A stretch of DNA of 62,922 bases, the filler included, from Reclinomonas americana ATCC 50394 (taxonomy: Eukaryota): NCBI GenBank assembly GCA_048213135.1. It is 15 parts of 15 records of this genome, joined end to end, with 100 filler letters (N's around TTAATTAATTAA, not from the genome) between each part and the next. Parts side by side here need not be neighbours in the genome. Positions count along the whole stretch, not along the records: positions 41,719 to 46,565 come from AFZH01019432.1; positions 46,666 to 50,683 come from AFZH01019433.1; positions 50,784 to 60,760 come from AFZH01019434.1; 12 more parts are not named here. One strand, given 5' to 3'. The notes under the pieces are model-generated. The model ran no database searches. It saw only the letters and a program-made list of their open reading frames with translations, and was not told where the DNA came from. Both the position numbers and the translations under genes were made by a program. Positions 44,701 to 56,441 of the stretch are shown piece after piece (within the stretch, counting starts at the first letter, position 1; each line of letters starts with the position of its first letter).

Positions 44701-47700
44701 GGTTGCCAGAGGAGCAGAACGAAGCGGTGTGGGACGTGCGGCAGCCATTTGTGCATGCCGATGTGCTGGGGAGATTCATCGTGTGGTGTGTGTGACGGGG
44801 ACACACTGCTGCGCGGCGGAAGAGAGAACCTGCTCATATTTGCATTGGTCGCAGGTTCGTGCGCATTTGTGGGCAAGAGACGGACACCGATGCCGATGAC
44901 AAGTTCCTTCGTCGGACCAAGTTGCGATTATTCCACGCTCTCTCAATCTCCGAACCCTCTCTACCTCCTGACGTTTCTTTCCTGCAGGGGTCGGGTGGAG
45001 GCGATCCTGTCGCACGTGGCCGACGAGTTTTGGGGATGTGCACGAGTGGAGGACCGTCGCCGATGGGCGGCGATTGCACACATTGCACTGCGCGAGGCGC
45101 TCACCACCGTCGTGTTTGACACGGATTCGTCGTTTACGAGTGCGTCTGATAACCGTTCTTCGCCCCCCTCCAATGTTGCTGATCAGCGATACAGCCGGAT
45201 TGCGTCTCGTCTGTATGCTCCTGCGTGACTCGGAGACATTTGACGTGTGCAGCAAGACGGCCGAGTTTTGGATTGTGCGGCAGCGCACCAGTGCCGTGCA
45301 GCGCACCACCTCCATCACTATGGTTCGCGTTCCCACCATGTGTGGTTGCACACAGTCTACTGTTCACACTTTTATTGTCTGCAGCTTGCACGTGCCCTTC
45401 TTCCCTACGTTCCCTCCAAGGCCGTGGCGCGTCAGTTGATGTTGGCGCTGGCCGGCGACTGCGACGGAATCTTTGAGGTTCCTGCGGCGCCGGTCGACGG
45501 TGATGTCACGTTGTGGCTGGTCCAGGTATGCGCGATGTTTCCGTGTGCTATCAACGAGCAGACTACTGAGCGACGACCAGGTGTACGGCTGTTATCTCCG
45601 TGCCAAACTCGTTCACCTGTCCACCCTACTTCGCGATTTTATCGACTGGCAGGAGGCCTTTCATTTGGAGCATCTGGCGCTGCTGGCGCCCGCGCGCAGT
45701 CTACCACGCTCGCCTCTGGTGAATCGCTTTGCGCATCGGCGATACTCGTTGCTGTTTGAGTTGTCGGTGATTGCACGCGTGTTGGAGGACCCGGAGTTGT
45801 GCGTGGTCAGTCGCGCGGATGTGTCGACTCCGTGGCTGTTCATGGACGCGACGGATGCGTGCGAGGCGAATGAGGTCACCACCACACTGCTCGAGTCGCT
45901 TCTGCAGTGTGTGCTGCGCATCGGCGACACGGTGTGCGGTCGAGTGTTGGCCGGCGACAGTGCCACCTCGGAGGTGCCTCACGTGGCCGAATTCATGCAA
46001 GCCGGAGGCCGCGGTGCGCTTGCGCGCGCCGTGACTGCATGTGCGTGTGCGGCGTCGCGCCTGCTGTTCACTGCTGCTGCTGTGCATCCAGCAAGCGCCA
46101 CAATCGACTCGGGCTACGGAGGCCCTCGCTGTGCGGCTGGGGCAGAGCCACAGCACCTGGCATCGGCGTGCTCATCGAGTCTGCGTCGAGTGAGCAGCTG
46201 CATTCTGCGCGCTCTCGGCAGTGACACGGCGGAGTTGAATGGACCGGGATCGTCGGGTCTCCCATCATCAATGCTGACTGCATTGGCGCCGATTGAAGCC
46301 GCCAAACTGGCGTTGCGTTTTCCAGGACTCCTCTCCTCTTTCTCCCCTCCAGCGTCTCACTCGTTCCACAGTGTTCTGCACGAACTGGCGCGCATGATGA
46401 CGCACGCTCCTCCGTCAGTCGTCGAGCTGGGCAAAGTCGCTTTGCACGTCATGGTGGCGCAGGATTTGCGCTTCCTCGAGAGGCACGATGCGCAGTTGCG
46501 CAAGCAGTTGCAGGCATACTTGCCAAGCAAGGCCGCCAGCGTGCCGCTGAATGCGCCGCCGATGGNNNNNNNNNNNNNNNNNNNNNNNNNNNNNNNNNNN
46601 NNNNNNNNNTTAATTAATTAANNNNNNNNNNNNNNNNNNNNNNNNNNNNNNNNNNNNNNNNNNNNTATGCGCCATGTTGTAGGTGTTCCCAGTTTGTCAC
46701 TCTCTTTCTCTTACCCGGAAAATCGCGGCGTCGCAGGCCTATGTGGCTGGCTGGGATGCTTTGTCGCTGCTGTCCCGCGCCATTGACGACCTGGACGAAG
46801 TCGACGCCGCAGGCCTGCTGCCGATCACGGCCGAGCAGCACCGTCTGGGGAACACGTTCCTCGCGCAGCGTCAGTGGGACCGTGCGTTGTCTGTGGCCGA
46901 TGCTGTGGGTGACAGAAGTGTGGCCGTGGTGGAGAGTTTGTCGCGTCTGGGCTTCATGCATGTGGCGGAGACGTATCTGCGCGGATTGTCGCCGGCAGCC
47001 TTGCAGAGCACACGAGAGTTGCCGGACTTTGCGTTTGAGTGTGCGTGGAGGAATGCCAAGTGGGATGTGGAGAATGCGCTGTCGGCAAGTGAGGTGGACG
47101 CGCCTGGTTTCCATCACGCTCTGTTTTCGTGTTTGCGTGCACTCCGCGTGCCCCACACATCCACTGCTGTGAGCGGTGAGGCCGGCGGCTTCGACGCAGA
47201 CATCCTGGACGAGAGCACGCAGGTGATGATCATGGACGACGATGATGGTGGTGACGGTGACAATGACAGGTTGAAGATGAGTCGAAATTCGACGATGCAT
47301 GTGGGACTGGCGTGGTTGGATGCGGCGGCTCTTCGTGCGCTGTCCATGTCGTGTCGAGCGGGTCGGCGCGACATGGTGTCGAGCTTGTTGCGCCTGCACT
47401 TGGTACGCGCTGTGGATGGTGTGATTTCGCAGCCGAGAACGGGACCGACGGAGGCGCTAGATGCGTGGAGAGCGGATCCGCTGACCAGCACCATGCGGTG
47501 GGATCGGCATCGCGAGGTGGAACAGCTGGGCGCATTGCGCAGCGTGCTCCTGCACGATGTGCTGCAGTCGAAAACCGACTATGTTCGTCTGGCCATGCAC
47601 ATGGCCAAGGTGGCACGCAAGCAGCAGTCGCCACAGCTGGCGATTCGGTACGCGGTTGCGGCCACCGAGTACGCCAAGTCGGCGAACTTCCTGCACGTAG

Positions 47701-50700
47701 AGGCCGAGTTGGAACTGGCAAAGGTGCGGTGTGACAACCAACCGTGCGGATAATGTCTTGCGTGCACTGAGTGCATTCTTGTGCAGGCGTTCTGGAGCTC
47801 TGGTCAGTTCAAGGTTGGCGCGGCTGTGGCGCACAAGGTGTTGGCAGAGCTGGGCAGTGGAATGGGTGTGGCATCGAGTTGCGCACGCAGGGAGAGAAGG
47901 GGTTGAGGTTCTCGTCATCCGTGTGTGTTTGCTCACGTACAACAGCGAGTGCACAAGCTGGTTGGGTGTGCATCTTGCTCGGTGGCTGGCTCAGTGAGGC
48001 GAGAATGGAGAATCCGGCCACCATCCGACGGGACTATCTGCAACGCGGTTTGCAGCTGCTGCAGGAGGACAGTGCGCGCGGTGGTGCCGGTGCCAGTGGC
48101 AAGATGCACTTTATGGTGGCCTCTTGTTGCGTAGATTTGCACGTTTCCCGATGTTCTCCTCCCGCTCCTCATGCCAGCACACATTTGCAGTCTACGATTC
48201 CATGTTGCAGACCATGGGTGCACGCGAGCAGGTGCGGTGTGCGACAACTGGCTGTTTGTAGCTCCTTCTCTCACTGTTGTGTGATTCAGAGTGCCGAGTG
48301 GGTGCAATCGCTGCAATTGTTGATGGATCTGCAGGCTGCGGTCGACCATGGCAACCAGACAGTGGTGCGTGGCATCCTGCTAGGCAATGCAAGTGTCTCC
48401 TCTCCTTTTCCTGACTCTCTGTGTCACCCTGGCAGCCGAAAGACAAATCCGAGTCCACCTCTGTGCTGCGCTCGATGAAACTGCAGTTGCGACGAGACAA
48501 CGAAAACGTGCAGCGCTTCCTGCAAGAGCGGTGCACGTTGCTGGTCGAGACCGTGCATCAGTATATTGCCGCTCTGCGGCTCGGCGTGCGGTGAGTGCTC
48601 GCCACCATTGTTGCTGCTACAACTCATCGTCTGTATGTGTGCTCATCTCCACGGCAGTGAATGGCGCCGATGCGCTTTCCGCCTGTGCACACTGTGGTTC
48701 GACAACAATTGTCACATGATGTCGGCATCCCTGCGCAACGTCCCCGATGTCCGCGGCTACCTGCTGGTGAGTGTGCGAGAGTGGGTCGATGGAAATGCCT
48801 TGTGTGTTGACCCTCGCATGATTGCAGCGCACATTTGCCGCCGAGATGGTGTCGCATCCCGTGCACGAAGCCATGGAACAGATCGTGGAGCCGCCGCTGT
48901 TCTTCTTCTTACCCATTGGCTATCAGATTGCATCGCGACTGGGCGAGCACTTTGACGAAGCGCCCAGCTGGTCGGCTCTGGTGAGGGCGCTGGTCGAGGC
49001 CATGTGCAGAGAGCACCCGCATCATATGCTGTGTCACGTGGTGGCGTTGAGCCGCGGTGATGACGTCAGTGGTTTGCGCAATGCAAGTGCGTACGAATTC
49101 GACCCGGCCAAGGTTGCCGCCGCCAAGGGTGAGTGGTCAGCTGGAAAACGAACGCATACCACGGGCTCTCTTTTGACCTCGTTTGTGTGTGTAGCCATTC
49201 TGCAAAGTGTTCGTGGCGAGCCCGACACTGCTGCCGGGCAGTACATCCAAGCGCTCGATCAGTTGGTACCGGCCTATATTCAGCTGGCAAATGTCAAAGT
49301 CAACACGTGCGTGCATGCGTGCTGTTTCAATGCTTCCCGTCGTTGTTTGCTCACCAGCATGATGTTGCAGCACGACGGCCGCCACCAAGTATAAAATGTC
49401 GGCGCTGCTGGGAGAGATTGTGGAGATGTTGGAGAACAAGGCCGTGGAGCGCCGCCTGCCAGTAATTACCGCACAAATGCCCGTCCGGTCTGGCGCGGCG
49501 GTCGATGACGATGAGGTTTGACTGTGCCATGATCTCCGAGTTGTGTGTGTGTGTGTGTGTGCTCATGGTCGTCTGCGTGCAGTTCCCGCACATCCAAACC
49601 ATGGACAAACATTTCCGACTGGTGGGCGGCATCAATGCGCCGCGCCGAATGACAGTGTTGGACTCGGCTCTCGTGCGCCACATGCAACTGGTGAAGGGCA
49701 ACGATGACATGCGGCAGGACGCCGTCGTGCAGCAACTCTTTGAGTTTGTCAATGTGTTGCTTCGCGAAGACAGCCGCTCCAGCGAGCGTGGCTTGCAGAT
49801 GCGCACATACAAGGTTTGCAACTCGTGAACAACATTTGATGGTGATCTCTTGTCTGCTCACATCTCTGCGTTGCAGGTGGTTCCTCTGTCTCCCGTCACT
49901 GGCGTACTCGAGTGGGTGCAGCGCACGATTCCGATTGGCGAGTACTTGCTCGGCCCAGCACGGTTGCGTGATTTTGTTCTCGCTGTGATTCACCGCCACA
50001 CCCACTCACACGCTCTTTGCAGTGAGAATTGTGCGACTGGCGCGCACAAGCGGCTGTATCCGAGTGATTTGAGTCATCCTCGCTGTCGCGAGGTCATGAC
50101 CGGATGCAGCAGCGATCGCAAGGTTTGACACCATCGAGGTGTCAAACCTAAGAAGACTCTCGTGGATTCACTCTGTTTTGTGCAGCTCGACATCTTCATG
50201 GAAGTCTGCTCGCGCTTCCACCCAGTCATGCGCCACTTCTTCTTCGAGCACTTTCCCGACGTGCGCGACTGGTTCTCGCGCCGGGTGAATTACACGCGGA
50301 GGTTTGTGGCGTGAGTGCTTCGTGGTACCATTTTTCACTCCAATGTGACCAGCACCCTCTCCAGTGTGGCCGTGAGTTCCATGGTCGGCTACATTGTCGG
50401 CCTCGGTGATCGGCACTCGCAGAACATTCTGCTCGACGTGAACACTGCGGAGGTGGTGCACATCGATCTCGGTGTGGCCTTTGAGCAGGGCAAGATGCTG
50501 GCGGTGCCGGAGGAGATCCCGTTCCGTCTCACTCGCGACCTTGTGGACGGCCTGCTGTGCAGTCGGTACGAGGGTGTGTTCGAGCAGAGCGCGGTGGAGA
50601 CGCTGCGAGTGATGCAACAGCAGAAGCAGTTGCTGTTGACGCTGGTCGAGGTGTTTGTGCACGATCCTCTCTTCAAGTGGTCGNNNNNNNNNNNNNNNNN

Positions 50701-51014
50701 NNNNNNNNNNNNNNNNNNNNNNNNNNNTTAATTAATTAANNNNNNNNNNNNNNNNNNNNNNNNNNNNNNNNNNNNNNNNNNNNGCGGCTGCAGCGGCGGC
50801 GGCGTCTGCTGCGGCGGCAGCTGCTGCCTCGGCCACCACAGGTGGCGGCAGTCGACAGGCCGAGCGAGCGCTGCTGCGCGTCTCCGAAAAGCTGCACGGT
50901 GTCGAGGAGGGCCAGCATTACTCCACCGAGGGTCAAGTGCGACAGCTGATTCAGCAGGCCACCGATCCGGAGCGCCTGTCGCGACTGTTTCCCGGTTGGG
51001 GCGCGTGGGTGTGA
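41719..51014 (+). CDS. ATM: ATM/Tel1 PIKK serine/threonine kinase (5' part lost in gap; two internal gaps)
   Basis: FAT region ([45 protein letters not shown]). Kinase: GGINAPRR...[19 protein letters not shown]...RTYKVVPLSP...[17 protein letters not shown]...[60 protein letters not shown]. Confidence 0.95.
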
Positions 51015-51494
51015 TCGACCCCCAGCAGGAGCGAGACATGAATAATAGCCACACCTGCAAGGTCGATAGAACTTCACCGTGGCGGGAAACAACAAGAAGT
51101 TTTGCAACGATTGGTGAGCAAAGACATCTCGTTTAAATGTTCGCTGTGTGTGAGTGCTGTGTCGCTGCTGCACGCACCAAGGCACACCATCATATGTGAA
51201 GAACGTGCACCTCTTTCACTGCGTGTGTGTGTGTGTGCACGCGAGTGAGCGAGCGAGAGAGACAGCAGATGCGTTCGGAATCTGCTACACATCATGCGCA
51301 GCGTGTGTGTGTGTGTGTGATTGGTTCTCACCTCTTCATCACGCACACGCGCACACACAAGAAAGAGAGAAAAACAGAGATCAACAAAGTTGTCGCACAA
51401 AAAAGTATCCGTTGAGTCGAACACACACACCCAACATTTTCGCGCCCTCAGAATCGCTGTTTCTCCCTCTTTCGTTGTTTGTTTGCGCAGTGAC

Positions 51495-54400
51495 ATGCGA
51501 CGCGGTGCTTCTCCCTCCAGCAGTCGCAGCAGTGCGCGTGCGCACACTGTGGCCGCTGTGTTGGCTCTGACAGTGCTGATTGCGGTGGCGGGAATGAGTG
51601 TGGTGCCCGTGTCGGCGACGCCGGCGAGTGTCACAGATTACCTGGCGAATATCGTGGCCATCTTTGGCGCGGTGAGAGGGGGAGAGGAGGAGAGGAAGAG
51701 AGAGAGAGAAAATGGCAGTCAACAGATGCGATTGCATGCATGCATGATGATCAGAAGGGGCAGCAGCAGTGGCTGGCATCGCTCTGACAGGTTGCAGCTC
51801 TTGTTGTCACAGTCGGAGGGTCACTCTCCCACCTCTCCGTGCTCAATGGCCTCTTTGCATGATCCTCTTGTCGCTCTGGACCCGTTAGGAAGAGAGAGAG
51901 AACTTCGCTCAGGCAGGGTGCAGCTCCTCTTGTCGCAGTCGACGGATCGCTCTCCCACTACTCTGTGCTCCTTCGTGTCCTCACCGCATGATCCTCTTGT
52001 CGTTCTCTCATCCTTTGACCTTCAAATCATGCTCCTTGAGTTTCAGAATGGGACAGTTGCTGCTCCTCCTCTTGCTCCTCCTGCTACTCGTCTTCTCCCT
52101 TCATGTGAACCGTTTGCCACTGATGCTGCGCACGGTTCTTGGTGAAACGAGCGCCGTTGGATTTGTGTTTTTTGCTGATCACTTGACGTTGTCACACACA
52201 GGGCAATCCCGACAATGGATGGGTGCGGAATCGCAGTGGACAAGTGGAAGGTCAGTTCTTCTTCTACTCCTCCTTCCTCCTCCTTCTCCTTTCTTGGTGA
52301 TTCCCTGGTCGCCATGACACGAGAACATGCAATTCGGTGTTTGTCACGGGACCTCTCATGATACTGATACACACCCACAGTCGGTCTGCGTGCCAAGCAG
52401 CGATTCGGCCAGGTCACCAACAATGTGACGAACAACGTCTACTCGTACCCGGCGATTGCCGGTGCGAATGCTTCCTTGGCCGACTGGAATTACGAGTTCT
52501 CAGTGGTGCGTCGCATTTGCTCCACACGATCTCTTTTCTCGCACTGCTCCACTCACTTCCACATCTGTCTTGTGTGGCGCAGTGCGTGCGGGGTACACGT
52601 CCCCCAACCCTGTGTCTGTTGCGCGCCCTGACATGTTACACAGGGACACCAACTACGATGGCACTGGATCCTTGACGCTGGCCGATGTGACAGTGTCGCT
52701 GTCCATCGATCCCAACCCCTCTCTGTACAAGCAGGTTTGTGTTGCGCGAATGTTCAATGCTATCAGCCCCCCTCCCATCGCACTGAGGCGTGGACTGCGT
52801 TTTCCTCCTGCCTTCCAGTTCGTCGGGGTGAACATGCTGACAACGTACACGGATAACTCGCTGGGTACGCTGCTACCTCTTCTTCTCCGTGCCTTTCCCC
52901 ATTCAACCAGCTCATCGGATCAATGTGTGCACAGGCATCTTCAGCACCGCCAACTCGCAGGGTGTCGAGCCGGGACTCTCCGCCGATCTCTCGCAGTACA
53001 CCAAGGCGCAGAACAGTCAGAATCTGGGTTGGACGCCGGGTGAGTACACTGTTGTTGCTTGTTTGTATTCTGCTTGGAATGCTACTCACCTCTGTGCAGG
53101 CGCCAACTACAACCCGCTTGCCAATGGTGTCTACGACTTCAAACTGGAGGTCAAGAACCAATCCAATGTCCTTCTGGCCTCTGTCTCCATGACTGTCATT
53201 GTCGGCACGGCGCCGGGCACGTACGACCAGAATGTGACGTCGAATGTGATTTTTGGCTCCGGCAACGCCAACGGCTCGTGGACTGTCGATCGTGAGAACA
53301 ATGTCGAAGGTGTGCAGTTTGAATCCAGCACCGCATCTAATCAGCAGGCAAGATGTACTCAGTACTCTTTATTCAGTGGCGCTGCGTGGCAAGGTCCGCG
53401 GTCAAAACGGTACGCATGCAGTCAACATCTTTGTGTCGCCACATCATCCCCTGACTCTCGTCTGCCTTTGCACACACGTAGTGTTCAACTCCAATGGTGA
53501 CGGCACTTACTCGTTTACCACCGGAACCACCGGCACCTCGCCGAATCTCCGTGCCGTGTTGCGTCCCTCTGCACGCTTCTCAATCCTGTTCCTCCACTTT
53601 TCTCATCCAGGGACGCTTGTGTGCACGCAGGTGGAACTTTGAGTTCTCGGTTGCGTGCCGTCTCTGCGATTCACCTTCGCCACACATCCCTAGATGCTGA
53701 ACTCTCCTTGTTTTTCTCTCCACCTCCACACACAGATCAATGTCGACCTCGATGGTCAGCAGGGACGCAAGTTGAGCGACGTGACGGCTACCCTGGATAT
53801 TGATGGCGATCCATCTGCGGCCGCCAACATCAACCAGATGTCGATCAATCCGCTCACCTTCTTCCCCGACAATGCTGTCGGTGAGCGCTCGTCCTGTGAA
53901 AGTGGGGACTCATCTGGTACCGATACTTGCGTGTGCGACAGGCACGGGTGCAACCGCGAATGGTGGTGGAGTCAATGGCGCTCCACTGACATCTGGCTCG
54001 GTGGCGCAGAATTCGGAAAACCTAACGTGCGCCGCACGTCCCTTGCACCTTGTCTGCTTCGTGTGATTTCCCCCCTCACCATGTTGTGCAGGTTTTCGGT
54101 GTTTGCCCCGCTGAGCTTCAACCCGAATGTCGCCGCCGCCTACACGTTCGCGCTGTCGGTCACCAACCCACTGAACAGCGCGCTGCTCGCCCGAGTGCAG
54201 ATTGTCATGTGCGTCGCCCTCTCTTCTCTCCCTCCCTCCTCCCCCTCCTCCATCTCGTCTCACTGTGTGTAGTCTGGTGGGCGGTGGCCCGTCGCCGTAC
54301 ATTTTCGGCTTGATCCCGGTGACAACGCCTCTCAACCTGCCCACGCCCGCCTTGACTGCCGTTGGCACAGTGAACGCCGGCGATGGACACGTGAATCCGT

Positions 54401-56092
54401 CGCTGACCTACACTCTGGTCAGCGGAGATGGAGACACATTCAACTCGTTCTTCACCCTCAATTCCTCCACTGGCGCACTGGCTGTCGGTGCTAGTGGCCT
54501 GCCCGCCACGCTGTCGACACCGCTGTCGTTGCGTTTGTCGGTCAGCAACACCGCTGGCATGACCACCGGCAACATTCTGGTCGCCGTCAACGTGGCGCCA
54601 CTCCTCACATACGGACCCACGTCGTACGCCGAAGACATTCAGCCGGGTCACGATTTCGGCGAGCTGCACGCGTTTGACATTGATGGCACCGGACCGTTCA
54701 CGTTTGTCATTGACACCTCGTTCCCCGACGACTGGTCTCGTGAGTAGTCTATGTGACGACGGCTTTTTTTTCGTTTGCGTGTGTGTTAACAAGCTTTTCG
54801 TTGCGCAGGATTCGACATCTTTGAAGGCCATCTGATTGCCTCCGACGGACTGTACAACTCTACCAGCACCTTGCCGGACACGCTGACTGTTCACGTGGCG
54901 GCGATCGACGAGCACTCTAACCGACAGATTACGGCGTCGGCGATTGTGCTCACCAAACTCGCCAAGCCGTCCAGTGAGTGCTCCCAGACGTGAAAACAAC
55001 AGCTCCTCGATGCCCTCATCACGCTCACCCATGCCACGCAGATATGCAACTCATTCCCAGCTCATTCGACTCGCCGACGGCCGTCGACAATGTGGTGGTC
55101 GGCACACTCTCTGTCACCTCCGCCAATCAAGTGCAATGGACGCTGTTGACCCTGGCCTCCATCTTTGATGTGGTGCCGAAGCCGGGCACCAGCACCCCCG
55201 ATGCCTTGCTGCGCGTCATCAACGCCTCCACATCGTTGCCGTCGGCAGTGCAAGTCAAGGTTCGCGCCACCGACACGGTGACCGGGCAGTCGTTGGAGAG
55301 CTTGGTGACGGTGACACCAAACGCGGTCAGCACGCCCAACTTGTCCATCTCGTGCCCGTCGCCACTGTGTAACGGCTCCGGCTGCGACACCATCACTGGC
55401 CAGTGCTCGGGTGTGTGCCCGCCGGGGTGAGTGATGGATTTTTCTGCTTGTCGCGATTTTTCGTAGCAGTCGCTCACCCACATGGCCAGACAAGTGACAA
55501 CCACCAATGGTGTGTGCGCCGGTCTCCGCAAGGTCACGTGCCAGACCGATCAGCTGGTGGCCATTTGTCCGCCGGGCTCCAATGTGCAGATCCTGAAGGC
55601 CGTGTGGGGACGCACCAATGGCTCGAACTGCGGCGGTGGTGACGGCTACTGTGCCAGTGATTTGGAGAGCGTTGGTTTGTGTGTGTGCAGATACGCGCAC
55701 GGCCCTTTGTTCTCTTGAATTTTCTCACTCATTATCCTCTGCCATACACACTCAGGTGTGTTGCAGTCGCTCTGCAACAACCTGTCGCGGTGCCAGTTCT
55801 CGCTCGCTCTCGGCCTGCAGCTCTTTGGCAATCCGTTGCGTTCAGTGGTGCTGTGAGTGACCACAGGCGAGGGCTGCTAACGCGTGTCCCAACAGTCCGT
55901 GCTCGAACTCGGGCTCTGCATTCATGGACTGGGAGGTGAGAGAGAGAATGTGTGCACGAAGGTGATGTGATGCTGAACTCTCTCGCGCAGTTTGAGTGCA
56001 TTGTCAGCCCACCGGTCCCGCTGCCGTCGCCCTCGAGCAACTACGCACCGGTCTACGTGTACGGCACTTCGCCATCGCTGGCCGGCATGTAA
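51495..56092 (+). CDS. Secreted mosaic protein: signal peptide, 2x bacterial PEP-CTERM-associated-type domain, ~3 cadherin-like repeats, short Cys-rich (EGF-like) module, SUEL/galactose-rhamnose lectin domain
   Basis: About 19 exons chain in frame. Repeats IFGAGNPDNGW...VEVGLRAK...WNYEFSVDTNYDG...AQNSQNLGW and IFGSGNANGSWTVDRENNVEVALRGK...FNSNGDGTYSF...WNFEFSINVDLDG...AQNSENL. Cadherin-like VGTVNAGDG...LTYTLVSGDGDTFNSFFTLNSSTGAL. Lectin CQTDQLVAICPPGSNVQILKAVWGRT...C...LCNNLSRCQF...FGNPPC...FEC. Confidence 0.8.
52505..52643 (+). other. Putative spliceosomal twin intron (stwintron), [D1,2] or equivalently [A2,3]
   Basis: G|GTGCGT...(77 nt)...CGCAG|TGCGTG...ACACAG|G. Removing 52506-52582 creates a new GTGCGT donor; removing the resulting 62-nt intron gives TCA GT+G GAC (E-F-S-V-D-T-N-Y-D-G). 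Confidence 0.75.
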
Positions 56093-56298
56093 CGTGCCTG
56101 TGGATTCCAACTTCACCGTGCACGCTCATTGTGTTATGTACTTGAGCTGTGTGAGAGAGAAGAAGAAAGCAAATGAACCTCCCGGATGGATGGTGTTGAG
56201 GAGGAGGCTGAAGGGGGGAGAGAACAGGGAAGGCTTGACAAACTTTGACTCTGTCGCTGGCTGGCAGTCAGCTTTTGCCCGTGTTGTGCGCTTGTTGC

Positions 56299-56360
56299 AA
56301 ACGAGTGAACGGCCTCTGTGGTCAACGAAGTCAAAGAGCGTCGAAACGACGTCTTGTCCT
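56299..56360 (+). promoter_or_regulatory. Upstream element conserved between the two WD40 paralogs (second copy ~57620-57670)
   Basis: AAACGAGTGAAC...CGAAGTCAAAGAGCGTCGAAACGACGTCTTGTCCT versus AAACGAGTAAAC...CGAAGTCAACAGAGCGTCGAAACGCCGTCTGTCCT, at similar distance from each ATG. Confidence 0.5.
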
Positions 56361-56441
56361 CTCCTCTCTTTCGCGGCGGGGTACTCGTTGCGCGCAGAGT
56401 GTGTCTTCTCCACCAACAACCTCTCTCTCTCTCTTGTGCAC

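Noticed and set aside
55992..56441. 150-aa N-terminal extension of WD40 paralog A in the ORF track
   Set aside because: It overlaps the last exon and 3' region of the upstream gene; the paralog alignment places the start at 56442.
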